A DNA stretch of 64,000 bases from Lama glama (taxonomy: Eukaryota): positions 57,166,001 through 57,230,000 of the forward strand of contig CM052817.1 in assembly GCA_028534125.1 (NCBI GenBank), read 5' to 3'. Position 1 is the stretch's first letter, and each line of letters begins with the position of its first letter. Of this stretch, positions 51,591-64,000 are shown piece by piece. A model generated the notes under the pieces. That model was given only the letters and a program-made list of their open reading frames with translations, made no database searches and was not told where the DNA came from. Position numbers and translations under genes: made by a program.

Positions 51591-53298
51591 GTACTGTTTT
51601 CTTTACCACTTTCCTATCATACTATCATATCATACTTTGGTCACCAGTTATAAGATCCACACATCAGTTTTCTCATCTCTCTTTGATGGGAAGATAATCA
51701 CAGCTGTGTTCTGCTCTTTTCTTTAAGAAAAGTGAAAGGATACTACATTTATACAAACTCTAGCTGTAACTATTTTCTCATGATCTTTGTAAACCAAGGG
51801 GTTAAAAAAAAGCAAAGAAATTCAACAACAAAATCTTGGTTTTTAAAGCTCTGGGATTCACTTGAGTCAACTGTTGCCATGGTTTCAAGAGTCTAAAATC
51901 AACACTTCAAGGTAATCCAAAGATCTAGATATTGCCGCAATATTCAGCTATCAAGGAACAATCAAAGTTCCATTACCCCATTAGTGACCAAACTCCGTTA
52001 AGGCTGTGCAAATGCCATTGGTATTCTGCTTAATTACTGATGCTTTATTACTAATTATAGCATGACACCATGCAAAAGTCGGACTTTTTAAAAGGCTGGA
52101 AAGTGGCATTACTTTAATAAGTCATTAGGAAATTGCTTTTTGAGGATGCACTGGAAACACAAGTTTCTCAATAAAGGGAATTTTACAAAATTGATGCAAT
52201 ATTTGAGCATGGATGATCTGCAGCTCCCAATCCTTCTGAAGTGGACCAAGTCACTGAAAGGGCTAGCTAAAGAGAAGGAAGATGCTCTGATTCATGGTAT
52301 GAGAAAAATGATAACGGAGGCTATAGAGGGTGTTGAAAGACTGCTTGTCTCCCAGCTACACCCACCGAACTCTTGTTGGCTCTTCACCCTGTGTTTAGAG
52401 CTGAAATAAAGACGTCAAGATGAACCCTACCCTTTCAGAGAATTAGCCAACCTTGTCAAGCAATATCTGTGGGCAAGAAAAATAAATGATTATTAGTTAG
52501 GCAACCCAAAAATATGGATGTTGTGACTGGGGCTTATTTGTAAGTTGGGGAAGAATTGTTTAAGATAGGAAGTAAGATGAGAGAAGGTGACAAGTTTGAG
52601 AATAAAAGAACTTGCAGTTCTTCCAATGGCCAGACAAAATACTTTTGTTCTGAAACTCTCAGCCACAGAAATTCATACCTAAAACTTTAAAGAGCAGCAT
52701 GTGGACTCTATACATACATGTGTAACTCTGTGTATGTCTGTGTTTGTCTGTGTGTGTACAGAAGGAGAGAAAGAGAAGTGAGAAAATAGTTCCTTCCTTA
52801 TTTTCAGTTCAACAAAGAATATTCATGTTACATCTCAGATTACCAGTTACACAATTTGGAAAGGCTCAGGAATGCTTTCTTTAACCATATTTGAAACTTC
52901 TTCAAAGAAACTGCCTTTTTTGCAGGACTCCAGTTATTGATCATTATCAGAAATGGGTTTCTATATTTAATAAGCCAATGCATTCCTCTAGTATTAAATT
53001 TTTCACCTGGAAATTGGTAACCCTGCTTGAGTTCCTCAAGGTTCAATTGAGCCCATTGTTTGCAATGATTATCACTCGCAGCAGATTTGGAAATGCTTGC
53101 ACAATTCTAAAGTCCAAATACTTCTTCAAAACCTATTTTTAACATCTTTACTTTTGGCTTTGTAAAAGAACTTGGGTTTGACAAATATGCTCCAAAGTTC
53201 CCTAACTGGCATCTGTGGGCAATATTATTTGAAGTCAGGCAGGAACAATAGCGATTAACAAACTGCGATGTGATGAACAACTCTTACAGTGGAGGCAG

Positions 53299-53299
<1 letters not shown>

Positions 53300-53332
<33 letters not shown>
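53300..53332. repeat. (AT)n microsatellite
   Basis: Seen directly. Confidence 0.95.
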
Positions 53333-53334
<2 letters not shown>

Positions 53335-54480
53335 TAATTATGTAGATTATTTAGAAGGAAAATATCTGGTGACATTAACAGAAAAGCATAAATAACTCAG
53401 GGCCTGTAGACTAAACTTTTATTCCCTTAAACTTCAGGACAAATTTTACATTATCTACTGGAGTTACCAAAGACCCAGAGCTCAACTCTGTTCTACAGGG
53501 AATTAAATACTGAAAAAAGATTCTTAAAAGTAAAAAGACATTAATGCTGCTTAGTCATTTTGTTAGATGTTTGACATAATTTGTAGTCTGAGGCACTACA
53601 TCTTTGGTCTTAGAGCAAAATTCATGGAATGACTCGGTTGTTCTCAGCATGAAGGAGAACAGACACATTTTTCAAAAGAAGCATTTGACTTGTTAAAGGT
53701 TTGACATATCACAAACATTTTGATTTTGTGATCAGACTGGATGGTGATTTACTTATCCTCTGACTTTACTGTCAGGTAATTTATAAGTTTACTTCTCAGC
53801 CAAGAACTGTGGAAAATCTTAGGAGGAATTGTTAGGGGCAAACAGGAGAGAAACACAAAGATATAATAAAGCTATAGTGGTGGCTAAAATGACAAGAAAA
53901 GCAAATGGAAATTATTTGATTTGTACTGCACTTGTGAGAGAAGAAATCATGGCCTCTTTCTGCATCTGAATCCACAGGTCTATTTTGAGTTGAGATCTGT
54001 GTGAGGTACTTCATTCACTCTTCTAAAACAGTAAAGGCTGTTTTAGAAGAGAACTGTGAATTTTATAGAAATTCTTTCTGAAGCCAAAAAAAAATGGTTC
54101 ATATTCCTTACCTTAGCTTTTGACTAGTTCAATGAATTCTTCTACAATCTAGAGATACAATGTGGTAGTGGTATGATTAAGTTTGTCAGTTCATTAGCTG
54201 CCATAATTAAAACCTTGATTATGCAGCACTTGTGTCCAAGGAATAGGATCCCTTCTTCAATCCATTCCATTCATCTTCCCAAGGATTGGGGCAATGTGTT
54301 ACTGCTCTTGCTCACTGGAAGATTCTAAGATTTGATGCACTAAGAAGCAAAGTGCTTGGCTGAGGGACTCAGTTAAGACAATGGCAGAGGGACTGGTATT
54401 GATGGCTCCTGGCCATACCTACTGAAGTCTCACCAGAAGCCATCCGCTCCATTTAAGGTGAGGAATTATTAGCTTACACC

Positions 54481-54839
54481 TGTTAAAGTATTTTAAAAAG
54501 GAGACCAACAGATTGAGGTTTCGTTAATGTCTTGGTAGCCTATATAAGCAAACCAAAATCTAAGTCAGAGTTAATGCACTTGAAACCAAGAAAGTGAAAT
54601 TTAAGAACAGCCAACCACAGTTAATTAGACTTTCCCAAATAAGGCAACCACTTAAAATATAACCAAATAAATCATTTATCTTCTTTGCTGCAGCATCTTC
54701 TTTAGAAAAAGCCTCTCCCCTAGTTCCTACAGGTGAAGTACACCTAACCACTTTAGACTTGGCACTGCCTAATTCAAATCAATGTATACTCAGTATAAAC
54801 TCTTGAAAATGTTAATGTGCCCCAGTTCATCTTCTAACA
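54481..54839 (+). mobile_element. ERV1-class solo LTR
   Basis: tgtta...taaca termini; 4-bp TSD cacc/tacc; late tataaactcttgaaaat polyA-like region; subfamily uncertain. Confidence 0.75.
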
Positions 54840-55149
54840 TACCAGAGCATCAAACTGTTTATTCCAAATTTATCCTATGCAATAACAGTAAACATTCATC
54901 TAATGTTTAATGTTATGCTCCTCAATAACAAGTATTTCTTAAATACCAACTGTGTGCCATTCACCATATTTAGCACCAGGAAGCCAAAAATGAGTAAGAC
55001 ATAGTGCCTGACTGCAGAGCTGAATCTTATGGAGACAAACATGAAAGTTAATAAACACAACTTAAAAGAGCAGAGAGAGAAATACAGTAATGTAGGAACC
55101 CAGTGAAGGATATAATTAATGTCAATTAACTATGATTTTGTTTTTATGG

Positions 55150-55290
55150 CTTGCTACATCCCATTTCCTAACACGGCACTGGGCACATACAGGCACTCAA
55201 TAAATGGTATTAGATGGATGGATGGATGGATGGATGGATGGATGGAAGGAAAGAGTAAGTAGGGAGGGAGTGAGTGAGTGAATACATAAA
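55150..55290 (+). mobile_element. L2 3' tip with (GATG)n
   Basis: acggcactgggcacatacaggcactcaataaat followed by gatg repeats. Confidence 0.75.
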
Positions 55291-55499
55291 AAATAAATTG
55301 ACAACTTAGGGGAAAAAAATCCTTTGATAGGTCATGTGCTGTCATTTTAGGTTTAGGAAAACTGGTCAAGGTAGTTGGAAAGTATGATAGAAAATCATTG
55401 CCATAGCCAAATATTCAAAAAGGCTGGATAGAATGCTACAGACAGTCAAATATAAGGTCAGAGGTCCAGTTAATTGTTTCTCTATGGGTATACAGACCC

Positions 55500-55835
55500 A
55501 GGCAACTTCACCTCATCTGTTTATTTGTGCTCATCCTTAGCTCAAGCATCATTCCTTCAAAGATAAACTTTCCATGTCCCCAGTCCCAGACACAGTCCAG
55601 GGCAGGGTATCTGTTAAACACTTCCACAGAATTATAGATTATTACTTCAGCTTGTTCTTATATACACAACAATTTGCATGATTTATTTTTAGATTCATAC
55701 CAGTCTCCCCAGGTAGAGTATAAGATCAACAAGAAGAGTAGGAACTACATCTATTTTTTCTTTCCAGTGATAGCTCCAACATCTAAGACAGAGCTTGGCA
55801 TGTAGAAGGTGCTAAATAAGTATTTGTTGAATAAG
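55500..55835 (+). mobile_element. L2 3' end
   Basis: tcatccttagctcaagcatc...agagcttggcatgtagaaggtgctaaataagtatttgttgaata. Confidence 0.75.
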
Positions 55836-56959
55836 TAAAGAGAAACATACCTGTGTTACTAACAGAGATACAGTAGGTATGAAAGAAAAAATTCAAGAGT
55901 TCTGTAAATGTTTGCTTTAAAAAGAAAAGTTTTTCTTTTTACTGCTCATATATAGATGCTAAAGAATACATATTTTTTTTCAAGAAAAATTGGACATGAG
56001 TTCAGTTCAACCAGATTAGTCTCAATCATTCAGACCTCAGCTAAGTAGGGGTTAGAAAATGACACTGTTCGGGTTTTAGGGAGCCAATAAATAACATCCA
56101 TTTCTTTCTTCTCCTAGTTTAGGACCAATGGATAAATAAAGGTGATGCACTGATAATTATTTGTAACCCAAATAATTTATGACCTTTTCTTGTCCCTCCA
56201 CCCATACTAGACCTTAGGAAAGTCCATCTAAAGGAAAGTTTGTTCTACAGGACACATACTCCTACAGTAACTGTTTCCTCATTGTATCTAGAGTAATACA
56301 AAACATAAGAGAACATATCCCCAGAATTCGGGGCCTTGAGAATCATGGCACAGTGGATATTGTTCAGGTAACTCAGGAAACTCACAAGAATAATGGATGG
56401 AACAAGAGGCCAAAAGGTTATTCTAAGTCCCTGCACATGGAAACAATGAAGCCAGAGGAATAGAGAAACAGCCCTGCCCACATGACAGACAAACCCTTGG
56501 TAAGTGCCTGTTTTCTAAATACTATGTCACAGCATATACATGGCAAATAAATGTGGGAGATGCGAGAAAATGAAATATGTAAGTTTGCTTTTCCCAGGTG
56601 GTATAACTCATGCAAATTACCACCCTTCATTTTTTGAGCATCTGATAGCTATACTTTTCCTTTGCAGGAGCTGTGGAATAATTTAAAAGAATACAAAGAC
56701 CATGGGCCCACATAATTTAAGAAGTTCTGATATTATAATGTCCAGGTGGAGACCATGGGAACCAGACATTTGTGTTCCTGGCCTGCTTCCACTCACTGCT
56801 TTCCAGTCCCCTCCCAGTTTCCCCACTTTCAACACCAAAACAACCCTCATTATATGAATCTGTGGCAGAAGGCATAAAATGTGGCATAAGCATAAGAAGA
56901 AGAAAAATGCTCAACTCCTTGGTGGTTAGGTTCTCCTGTACACCCATTACTACATAATA

Positions 56960-57190
56960 AACAGTAGCTACAACTTTCTGAGTACTCACTATGTTCCAGG
57001 CACTCTGATAAACACTTGATATATAGTATCTCAATTCTCACAATCTATACAGTAAAATGAATATCCTATCATAAAGATGAGGAAACCGAGGTTTGTAAGT
57101 ACCAATCTCTTACCCAGATTCACACAGCTAGTCACACAGTAACTGAAGGAGCCCTTTTAAAGAAACTTGACTCCAAACTTGACTCTACAC
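56960..57190 (-). mobile_element. MIR SINE
   Basis: tgagtactcactatgttccaggcact...agatgaggaaaccgagg. Confidence 0.8.
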
Positions 57191-57441
57191 ACCACCCTCA
57201 CAACACCAGCAGCTAGGAAAAAGGAGAAATACCTCGAAAACTCTTCTCAAAGAGAATACAGGTTTTCACTTCTTGGCTCTGTTTAACAAATAAGAAAGTT
57301 CAAAAGAAAGAAAATTTAATACCTATTCCTGATTCCAACTGAAGTTACCCTCAGTAATAACCATGACCAATGAAGATGGTCACAGAAAAAGGCCAAGACA
57401 GAGCTTTTTAAAAAATGCTTCATGTCATCTTTGTTTCCACT

Positions 57442-57922
57442 TATTATGGCTAGTTTCCAAAGATGGTCCCAGTGACCATATCTTACTTAGTATAACCACT
57501 TTGAATCTGGCCTGGCTCTGTAAACCACTCTGACTAACAGAATGTGGCAGGTGTGATACTGTGTAACTTTCAAGGGTGGGCCTTGAGAGACCTGCACCTT
57601 CCTCTCTCTTCTCTTTAAACATTTCTCTTGTAGTCCATTGATCATGCTTTAAGAAGCTCATATGGAGAAAACTGAGGTGCTCCTGTCAACTGCTGAACTC
57701 TAAGCAGATGGCCAGCACCTCCTGCCAGCCATGTAAGTACATCAACTTGGATGTTTCAGCCTAGACGAGTTCCCAGATGACTGCAGCCCTGATGACATCA
57801 TGTAAAACAGAAGAATAGCCCAGGCTGAGCCCTGCCAACCCACAAAGCTGTTACAGATAATAAAATGTTATTTTGTGCCATTAGATTTTGGAATGGTTTA
57901 TTGCACAGTGGTGACTAGAACA
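57442..57922 (+). mobile_element. MaLR LTR (MLT1H-like)
   Basis: aaagatgg...tttgaatctggcctggctctg...gccagccatgtaagt...ccagatgactgcagccc...ttttggaatggtttattgcac...actagaaca. Confidence 0.8.
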
Positions 57923-60900
57923 CAGCCCTTCTCTGGCCCCTGGGTGTCTGGAAAAGAACTGTCATTATTCTTATCATCCACTAGGGAAAGCTACACTTGC
58001 AACATCATTTGTTTAAATGAAAAATGTCTCCTTTGTTTTATTTTCCTTGCTGAAAATATGAAGCTAAAAAATTCTAAAGCAAATGTAATTACCATATTGA
58101 CTGAGCATTCCACAAAGAGCTTATATATGAATATTATGTTTCAGATGAAAACTATTTGGAATTAGCCTCAATCCTTTAATGAATAAAACCCTCTAAAGAC
58201 CAGTTGATGGTGTGACTGGAAACTGGCAGGTAATCGGTAATTTAGAGAAAGAAAATGTTTATCTTGTGGCCCTGTCACAGCTTAAAACCCAACTTGGACC
58301 AACGTCTGCAAATGGTGAAAGCAATTAGCAAATCAATTAATTAGGGTCTTGTTGGCTTTAATAGTGTCAACTCTAATTATTTGTTTGTCTGATCTAAGGT
58401 ATCCTCAGGTTATTTACAATTGGTCCTTCCAACCAACAAAAGATAGTAAGGTTGAATCTTAACAAGTATGTGGAGAATTTGAGAATAGCTTTATTTCAAG
58501 GTGCTCAGTCTAGACAAGGCAGTATTTTCAGAGCCTGAGTCTTTTCTTCAAGACAAAGTCTCCTTCTGAAGTTAATGAATGACTAACTTTCACAATAAAT
58601 TTTCAAACAGGGCAATAATTAATTTGCCCGGAAAAAAAAATTTCCTAGATCCAGGGACATCTGTTCAAACTCAAGAGATAGGAGTATTTTCTTGTGATCT
58701 ATTTTCTTTTTTCATAAGTTATTTTCTTGCACAGAGTATGGGAAAGAAATCTTCACTTCTGGAGGAAACTGAGGCAGGTAACTAAAAATCACTCTGTTCA
58801 AAAGTGATGACTACCACTGGCAGTATTCACAATCTGAGAAACTATAATTCTGTCTTCACTTCTCAGAGTCACGCTTATCAATACATAAGTCAAGGTTACT
58901 TTTCTTTGTTCTACAGCTCGATCTCAGCTTAATTTTATATCTGAGCGTTTTTATTCCACTTTGTTCTAAAAGAAAAGAATCCAGGTTCCATTTTTAGCTT
59001 GAGAAAAATGGAAAATTCACTCTCTCTAGCAAGTTGAAAAGCAGTTCTTATAACAAAATAATTACCTAATTAAAGTGCTCAACTGAATCAGTTACCACAA
59101 GTTCAATTAAATGAAGCTGGCAACAAGAATATATTATACCTGATACGGAGAGTTAGTGAATAGATCGACACAAAGCATGAAGATCATGCTCTCCATTATA
59201 CTTAGAGAAGTTATCCATTGTTTCCTTCAAAAGATGGTATATCTTCCCAATGAAATACTGTTTCTTTTATTTCAATGAAGCTATATATCTGGCAATGAGA
59301 ATGCTAAGTATCTACATGCTAATTTGGGAGCTCAAGTTTAAATGTTTACTTTGTCAATGAACTTCCAGCCATATGTTCATGAAAATGAAAGGCATTAATG
59401 ACTAGTTTATCATAAAGCCACCTTGGTCCTTTTCCCTCATGAAGGAGTGGTGGTGGCATAGATCATTCAGTGTGAATGATCACATAAGCAATGAAAAGAA
59501 TGCCAAACGTGGAGCAGGACAGAAATGCGAGATCTCTATGAGCAAAGAAAGATATCTTTTCACTTCCTAATCAGAGAATCCTGTATTTCTTTCTTTCTTT
59601 CAGTTCTGTGATGTCTCTTTATCATGCTCACATCATTCTTTCTGTAGGCTGGAATTCTGGGATTTTTTTCTTTATTTCCACTTTAAGTCTCATCTACTGT
59701 ACCTGTCTCTGCATTGAGAGGAACATCCAGGACAGCCATCATTTCTGCCCTGTTCTGTCAGAGTTGTTGCTCCAGTGGAGGAAACAAAACACGCTGGAAA
59801 ACAGGGAAAAAAAGACTATTGTACTGGACACGTAAGGCATCGTGTCTACAAACGGCCAGCTGGAAGGGAAAGTACAATAGAGAAAACACACAAAAAACAT
59901 GACTGCAAAGAGTCAATCCCCAGCGCCTCACTGACTCTTTTTGGTTCCTGTCTGCTTATACCCTTGTATCTTACAATAAGTTTCCTTTTTTCTGAAAGTG
60001 CCTGAATGATTCTCATACAGATATGTGATATTCTCCAAACTATGAAACAACATTACAAACAAAACTAGTCACTGTCTAGATCCTATATGAAATTTAAAAC
60101 TGTTTCTGAGAAATTTGAAAAATTCCAAGAAATTAAGAAAATATTTTCTTTAAATTGTATACACCATGTATCTTTTTCAAAATAGTTAATAATTTTTACA
60201 CTTATGTTATAAAAATAATGTAGTAGATATTTGACATATATAAAGTAGGGATTTGATTTAAAGGATTCCATCTTTATGCCTTTTAAACCACAACCTAACC
60301 TAAAAATTTCTCCTCAGAAGAATGAATGCTACCAAGAACTTACAAGAGCTTTTTTCCTACTATCAAAGGAGAATTTCTTAACTTTGTCTAACTGGTACTC
60401 ACAATATCCACTCACTTTCCAGTACTAATATTCACATCTTTTTAAAATATTACCAATGCATCTTATAAATCCAAAATATCTTTGGGAAATTTCTGTAAAA
60501 CTATTTCTCACTTTACTTTAGAGTCCTTTGAAGTCAGTAGGAGCTCTGTGCTTGAATCAACCCCATGGAGTGAGAAGCCATAGAAGAAATGGTGCCAACA
60601 CAAAAATATCCAAACATACAGAGTGAGGCTTTCCTATCTATGATGTGTCCCAAAGGGCTGAGGTCAGAAACTGTTCTAATGAGAGAATTCTTCAAGGAAA
60701 AAAAATAGCTCCAAAAAGTGGCCAAGAGCTAGTCAAATAGAAGGAAGAAAATCAGCAATTTAAAATGAATTTTAACAAATGCTGATTCCAGATTCCAGGA
60801 ATTAGTTATAAAGTTTGTTGGAAAGATGAAGACTTAGTCTTGATTATAATTAAAATATAAGGTTGCCCAGAAGGCGTGATTTTAAACTTAACAGATCCTC

Positions 60901-61091
60901 TCATCTTTCACCCCCGAAATCTCTTTTTCCAACCTCATCCCACAAATCTCTTTCCTACTGATAGCTAAAACATCACCATTAGTAACTAATTCCATTCAAT
61001 TAATCCTCCTCTGGTGGTCTTTTTAAAGCAAATTCTTTAGGAACAAGATACTGGAATCTTGTGGGGTTTTAGTAGTATTGAAAACAGGGAA

Positions 61092-61555
61092 TGTTATGGA
61101 CTAAATGATGTATCTCCACAAAACTCTTATGTTGAAGCCCTAACCCCTAATATGACTGTTTCGGGAGACAGCACCTATAAGGTGATTAAAGTTCAAGGAT
61201 GCCGTAAGGGTGGATCCCCTGATCCCATAGGATTACTATTCTTACAGGAAGAGACACCTGAAAGAGTGCATGCACGCACACACTCCTGCTCTCTTTCTCT
61301 CTTTCTTTCTCCCCCTCCCTGTCTCCCTTCCATCCTCCCTCCCTTTCCTCACAAATACAAAGAATAGATCATATGAGCTGACAGCAAGATGGCAAATGCC
61401 TGCAAGGCAAGAGAAGCAGCCTCACACTGAAACCTACCCTACCCTACCTTGATCTTGGACTTAACCAACCTTCAGAACTATCAGAAATAAATTTCTGTTG
61501 TTTAAGCCACCCAGTCTGTTGTATCTTGTTATGACAGCCTGAGTTAATTAAGACA
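61092..61555 (+). mobile_element. MaLR LTR (MLT1A/B-like)
   Basis: tgttatggactaaatg...tatgttgaagccctaacccc...ccttgatcttggactt...aaataaatttctgttgtttaagccacccagtct...taagaca. Confidence 0.9.
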
Positions 61556-61794
61556 GAAGATAATAAGATAAGGAGTAACATCCTAAAGAGTAGTTTGAGG
61601 GACCATTCCCTCAGCAATACACAAACAGATGAAGGTGATACGTCTGAAGATAAGAGTTATCCTTTCAGAAAGTAAGTTCCTTCATTCTCCTCTGCTATCT
61701 TCCTGAGGTCATGCAGAAATCTCTATTGGGAATTCAGGCTATTGTCACACCCTACACTTTGAGAACTTCTTGAGTCCACTCACATTATGGGCCT

Positions 61795-61990
61795 ATGGTA
61801 TAACAAAAAATAAATATTTGGTCTTTGTTCCCAGTTTCTGGCACAGAATTTCCTAAGTGATGGGTATCTTCTGTATGCTTATGAGATGATACTTGGTGGA
61901 AGAGCCCCTAGGTAGCTTCAGGATTGGGGGATGGTCACCAAAAAAAGCCAACCAGATGATTAAAGAGTTAGAACATTCAGCTCTACCTGC
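61795..61990 (+). mobile_element. MER21-like LTR, 5' part only
   Basis: atatttggtctttgttcccagtttctggcac...gcccctaggtagcttcaggat...ggtcacca...atgattaaagagtt. Confidence 0.75.
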
Positions 61991-62945
61991 TATGCTACTG
62001 AAAAACCAATGAGTCGTAGAAGAAATCAAAAGGGAAGTCAAAAAATATTTTGAAAGATATCTCACCTATTTAGAATGGCTATCATTAAAAAGGCAGTAGA
62101 TAACAAGCACTGGGAGAAAAGGGAACCCTTGTGCCATGTTGGTGGGAACATAAATTGGTGTAGCCACTATGGAAAACAGTATGGAGGCTCCTCATGAGAT
62201 CAAAAATAGAACTACCAAATGATCCAGCAATCGCACTTCTGAGTATATATCCAAAGGAAAAGAATTCACTATCTCAAAGAGATATCTGTACTTATATGTT
62301 CACAGCAGTATTTTTCACAATAGCCAACATATGGAAACAACCTAAGTATCCATCAATGGATGGATGGATAAAGAAAATGTGGTATGTGTGTGTGTATATA
62401 TATACACACACAATGGAATATATATTATCCTGCCTTAAAAAAGGAAATCCTACCACTTGTGCCAACAGATGAAGCTGGCAGGGAACTATGCTAAGTGAAT
62501 GAAATAAGTCAGACAAAGAAAATCAAATACTGCATAGTATCTTTATATGAGGAATCTTAAAATAAAAAATTTAGACACACAGAAACAGAGTAGAATGGTA
62601 GTTACCAGGGGCTGGGGGCGACAGAGGGGGTGGGGGGATTAGTGGGGAGGGCATAGGGAGATACTGCTAAAAGGGAACAAACTTCCAGTTATAAGATGAA
62701 TACGGTCGGGAAGATCTAATACATAACATGGTGACTATGGCTGATAATACTGTAGTGCACAACTGAAATTTGCTAAAAGAGCAGAACTTAAGTGTTCTCG
62801 CTAGGGAAATAAAAGTAAATATGTGAAGTGATTGATATGTTAACTAACTCCTTCCACAATGTATATGTACATCAAATGATCACATTGTACACTATAAATA
62901 AATTAAAAGTGTATTTGTTAATTATACCACAATAAAGTCAAAAAA
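61991..62945 (+). mobile_element. L1MA-type element: a short upstream ORF2 piece fused to the ORF2 end and 3'UTR
   Basis: ORF 62194-62472 [19 protein letters not shown]...ICTYMFTAVFFTIANIWKQPKYPS..WIKKMWY; G-rich 3'UTR tract; aataaa at 62931. Confidence 0.92.
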
Positions 62946-63094
62946 TAATTTTAAATAATTTTAAAAACAGTGAAACTTTAATTGTTCTTTAATTTTGTTT
63001 CAATCTAAGATCTCATCAAGAAATTATACACTGCATTTGGTTGTCATTTCTCTTTAATTTCCTTTAATCTAGACTAGTTCCCCCTGCCTTTTTT

Positions 63095-63300
63095 TTTCAT
63101 TTTTTTAGAGTTCTTATCTTTTTTTTAATGTTTCTTTTAATTGAAGTATAGTCGATTTACAATATTGTGTTAATTTCTGGTGTACAGCACAGTGATTCAG
63201 CATACATGTATATATTCCTTGTCATATTCTTTTTCATTATAGGCTATTACAACATATTGAATATAGCTCCCTGTGTTCTACAGTAGGACCTGGTTGTTTA
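63095..63300 (-). mobile_element. Short young L1 3' end with TSD
   Basis: ttttaattgaagtatagtcgatttacaatattgtg...tacagtaggacc; TSD ccccctgcctttttt at 63080-63094 and 63301-63315. Confidence 0.88.
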
Positions 63301-63639
63301 CCCCCTGCCTTTTTTAATCATTCAAGATATACCTTCATTTTAAAAATCACTAAGAAAAAAAAGTGCTGCCATTTATAATTGTAAAATGTTATCAATTATA
63401 AGATGAATCTTACTAAATGTTGAAATGTGACATGTTAAAATGTGAGAAAAAAGTACTTCAAAATCAATGAATGTGATATTTCTGACTGAATTTGATATTA
63501 AAAGGAAATTGCAGACAATAATTAAAAGTTTGGAAAACATGTCAAGTAAGAAAGGCATGAAGAAAACAAGAGTATTTAACTGCAAGAATAGGATAAAAGG
63601 CAAGTTAACAGGCTTTAAATTTATGAAGAATTCTTAAAT

Positions 63640-63850
63640 GAAAGAAGTTAACTAGCTTTTCATCATATTCTAAGAAAGCAAAAGAAAAAAAAAGAAAGCA
63701 CAAGGACTTAAATCATAAAGTAAGGGCTTTAACTTAGACAAAAGGAATGTTTCTTCTACCCAGAGATACCTTTAAAAAATTATTATGAATGGTTGGTCAG
63801 TCCCTTTCTCCAGAGATGTGATTAAAATCTGCTAGGCTGGGAAGTGGGCT
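63640..63850 (+). mobile_element. Possible CR1/L3-type ancient LINE remnant
   Basis: ggacttaaatcataaag...tttaacttagacaaaagg...gtccctttctccagagat resembles a CR1 3' region; weak. Confidence 0.35.
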
Positions 63851-64000
63851 TTTAGACAAAGATACATGGTAGAATGGGGGACAAAAAAACATTTCGGAAG
63901 TGAAATGTCAAGGGCTGAGGCACAGAAGTCATTTTTTAGCAAGTCTGGGACATGACAATAATTTGTTCAGCTGAAGAAGTAAGTTTTGAAAGCTGATCAT

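Noticed and set aside
62606..62660. G-quadruplex-like tract
   Set aside because: Ordinary polypurine tract of L1 3'UTRs.
1..64000. CRISPR arrays, tRNA/rRNA/snRNA genes, NUMTs, operon-like systems and the other 60-130 aa ORFs
   Set aside because: None seen by eye; the remaining ORFs are chance or repeat-derived frames in mammalian non-coding DNA.

Overview
Mammalian, AT-rich, CpG-poor genomic DNA with no protein-coding gene I can recognise. The style of the L1 3' ends and the apparent absence of ruminant, pig or primate SINEs suggest a camelid (inference). The window is a mosaic of old repeats (MIR, L2, L1ME/MC, MaLR/ERVL/ERV1 LTRs, hAT MITEs, a Tc1-like element) and younger L1 insertions with target-site duplications (TSDs), separated by unique blocks that look like enhancers. 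Most young L1s and LTRs lie on +, and several well-formed short exon candidates lie on -, so this is probably a large intron of an unidentified minus-strand gene. The most unusual object is a 3.1-kb insertion (23776-26905) bounded by a perfect 15-bp TSD inside an MLT1 LTR. It joins an L1 5'UTR and ORF1, inverted L1 ORF2 pieces and an old L1MC-type 3' end. One inverted piece has a dense one-directional A-to-G mutation cluster, the signature expected of ADAR-hyper-edited RNA written back into the genome. Repeat family names come from remembered consensus sequences, not a database search; boundaries without TSDs are approximate.
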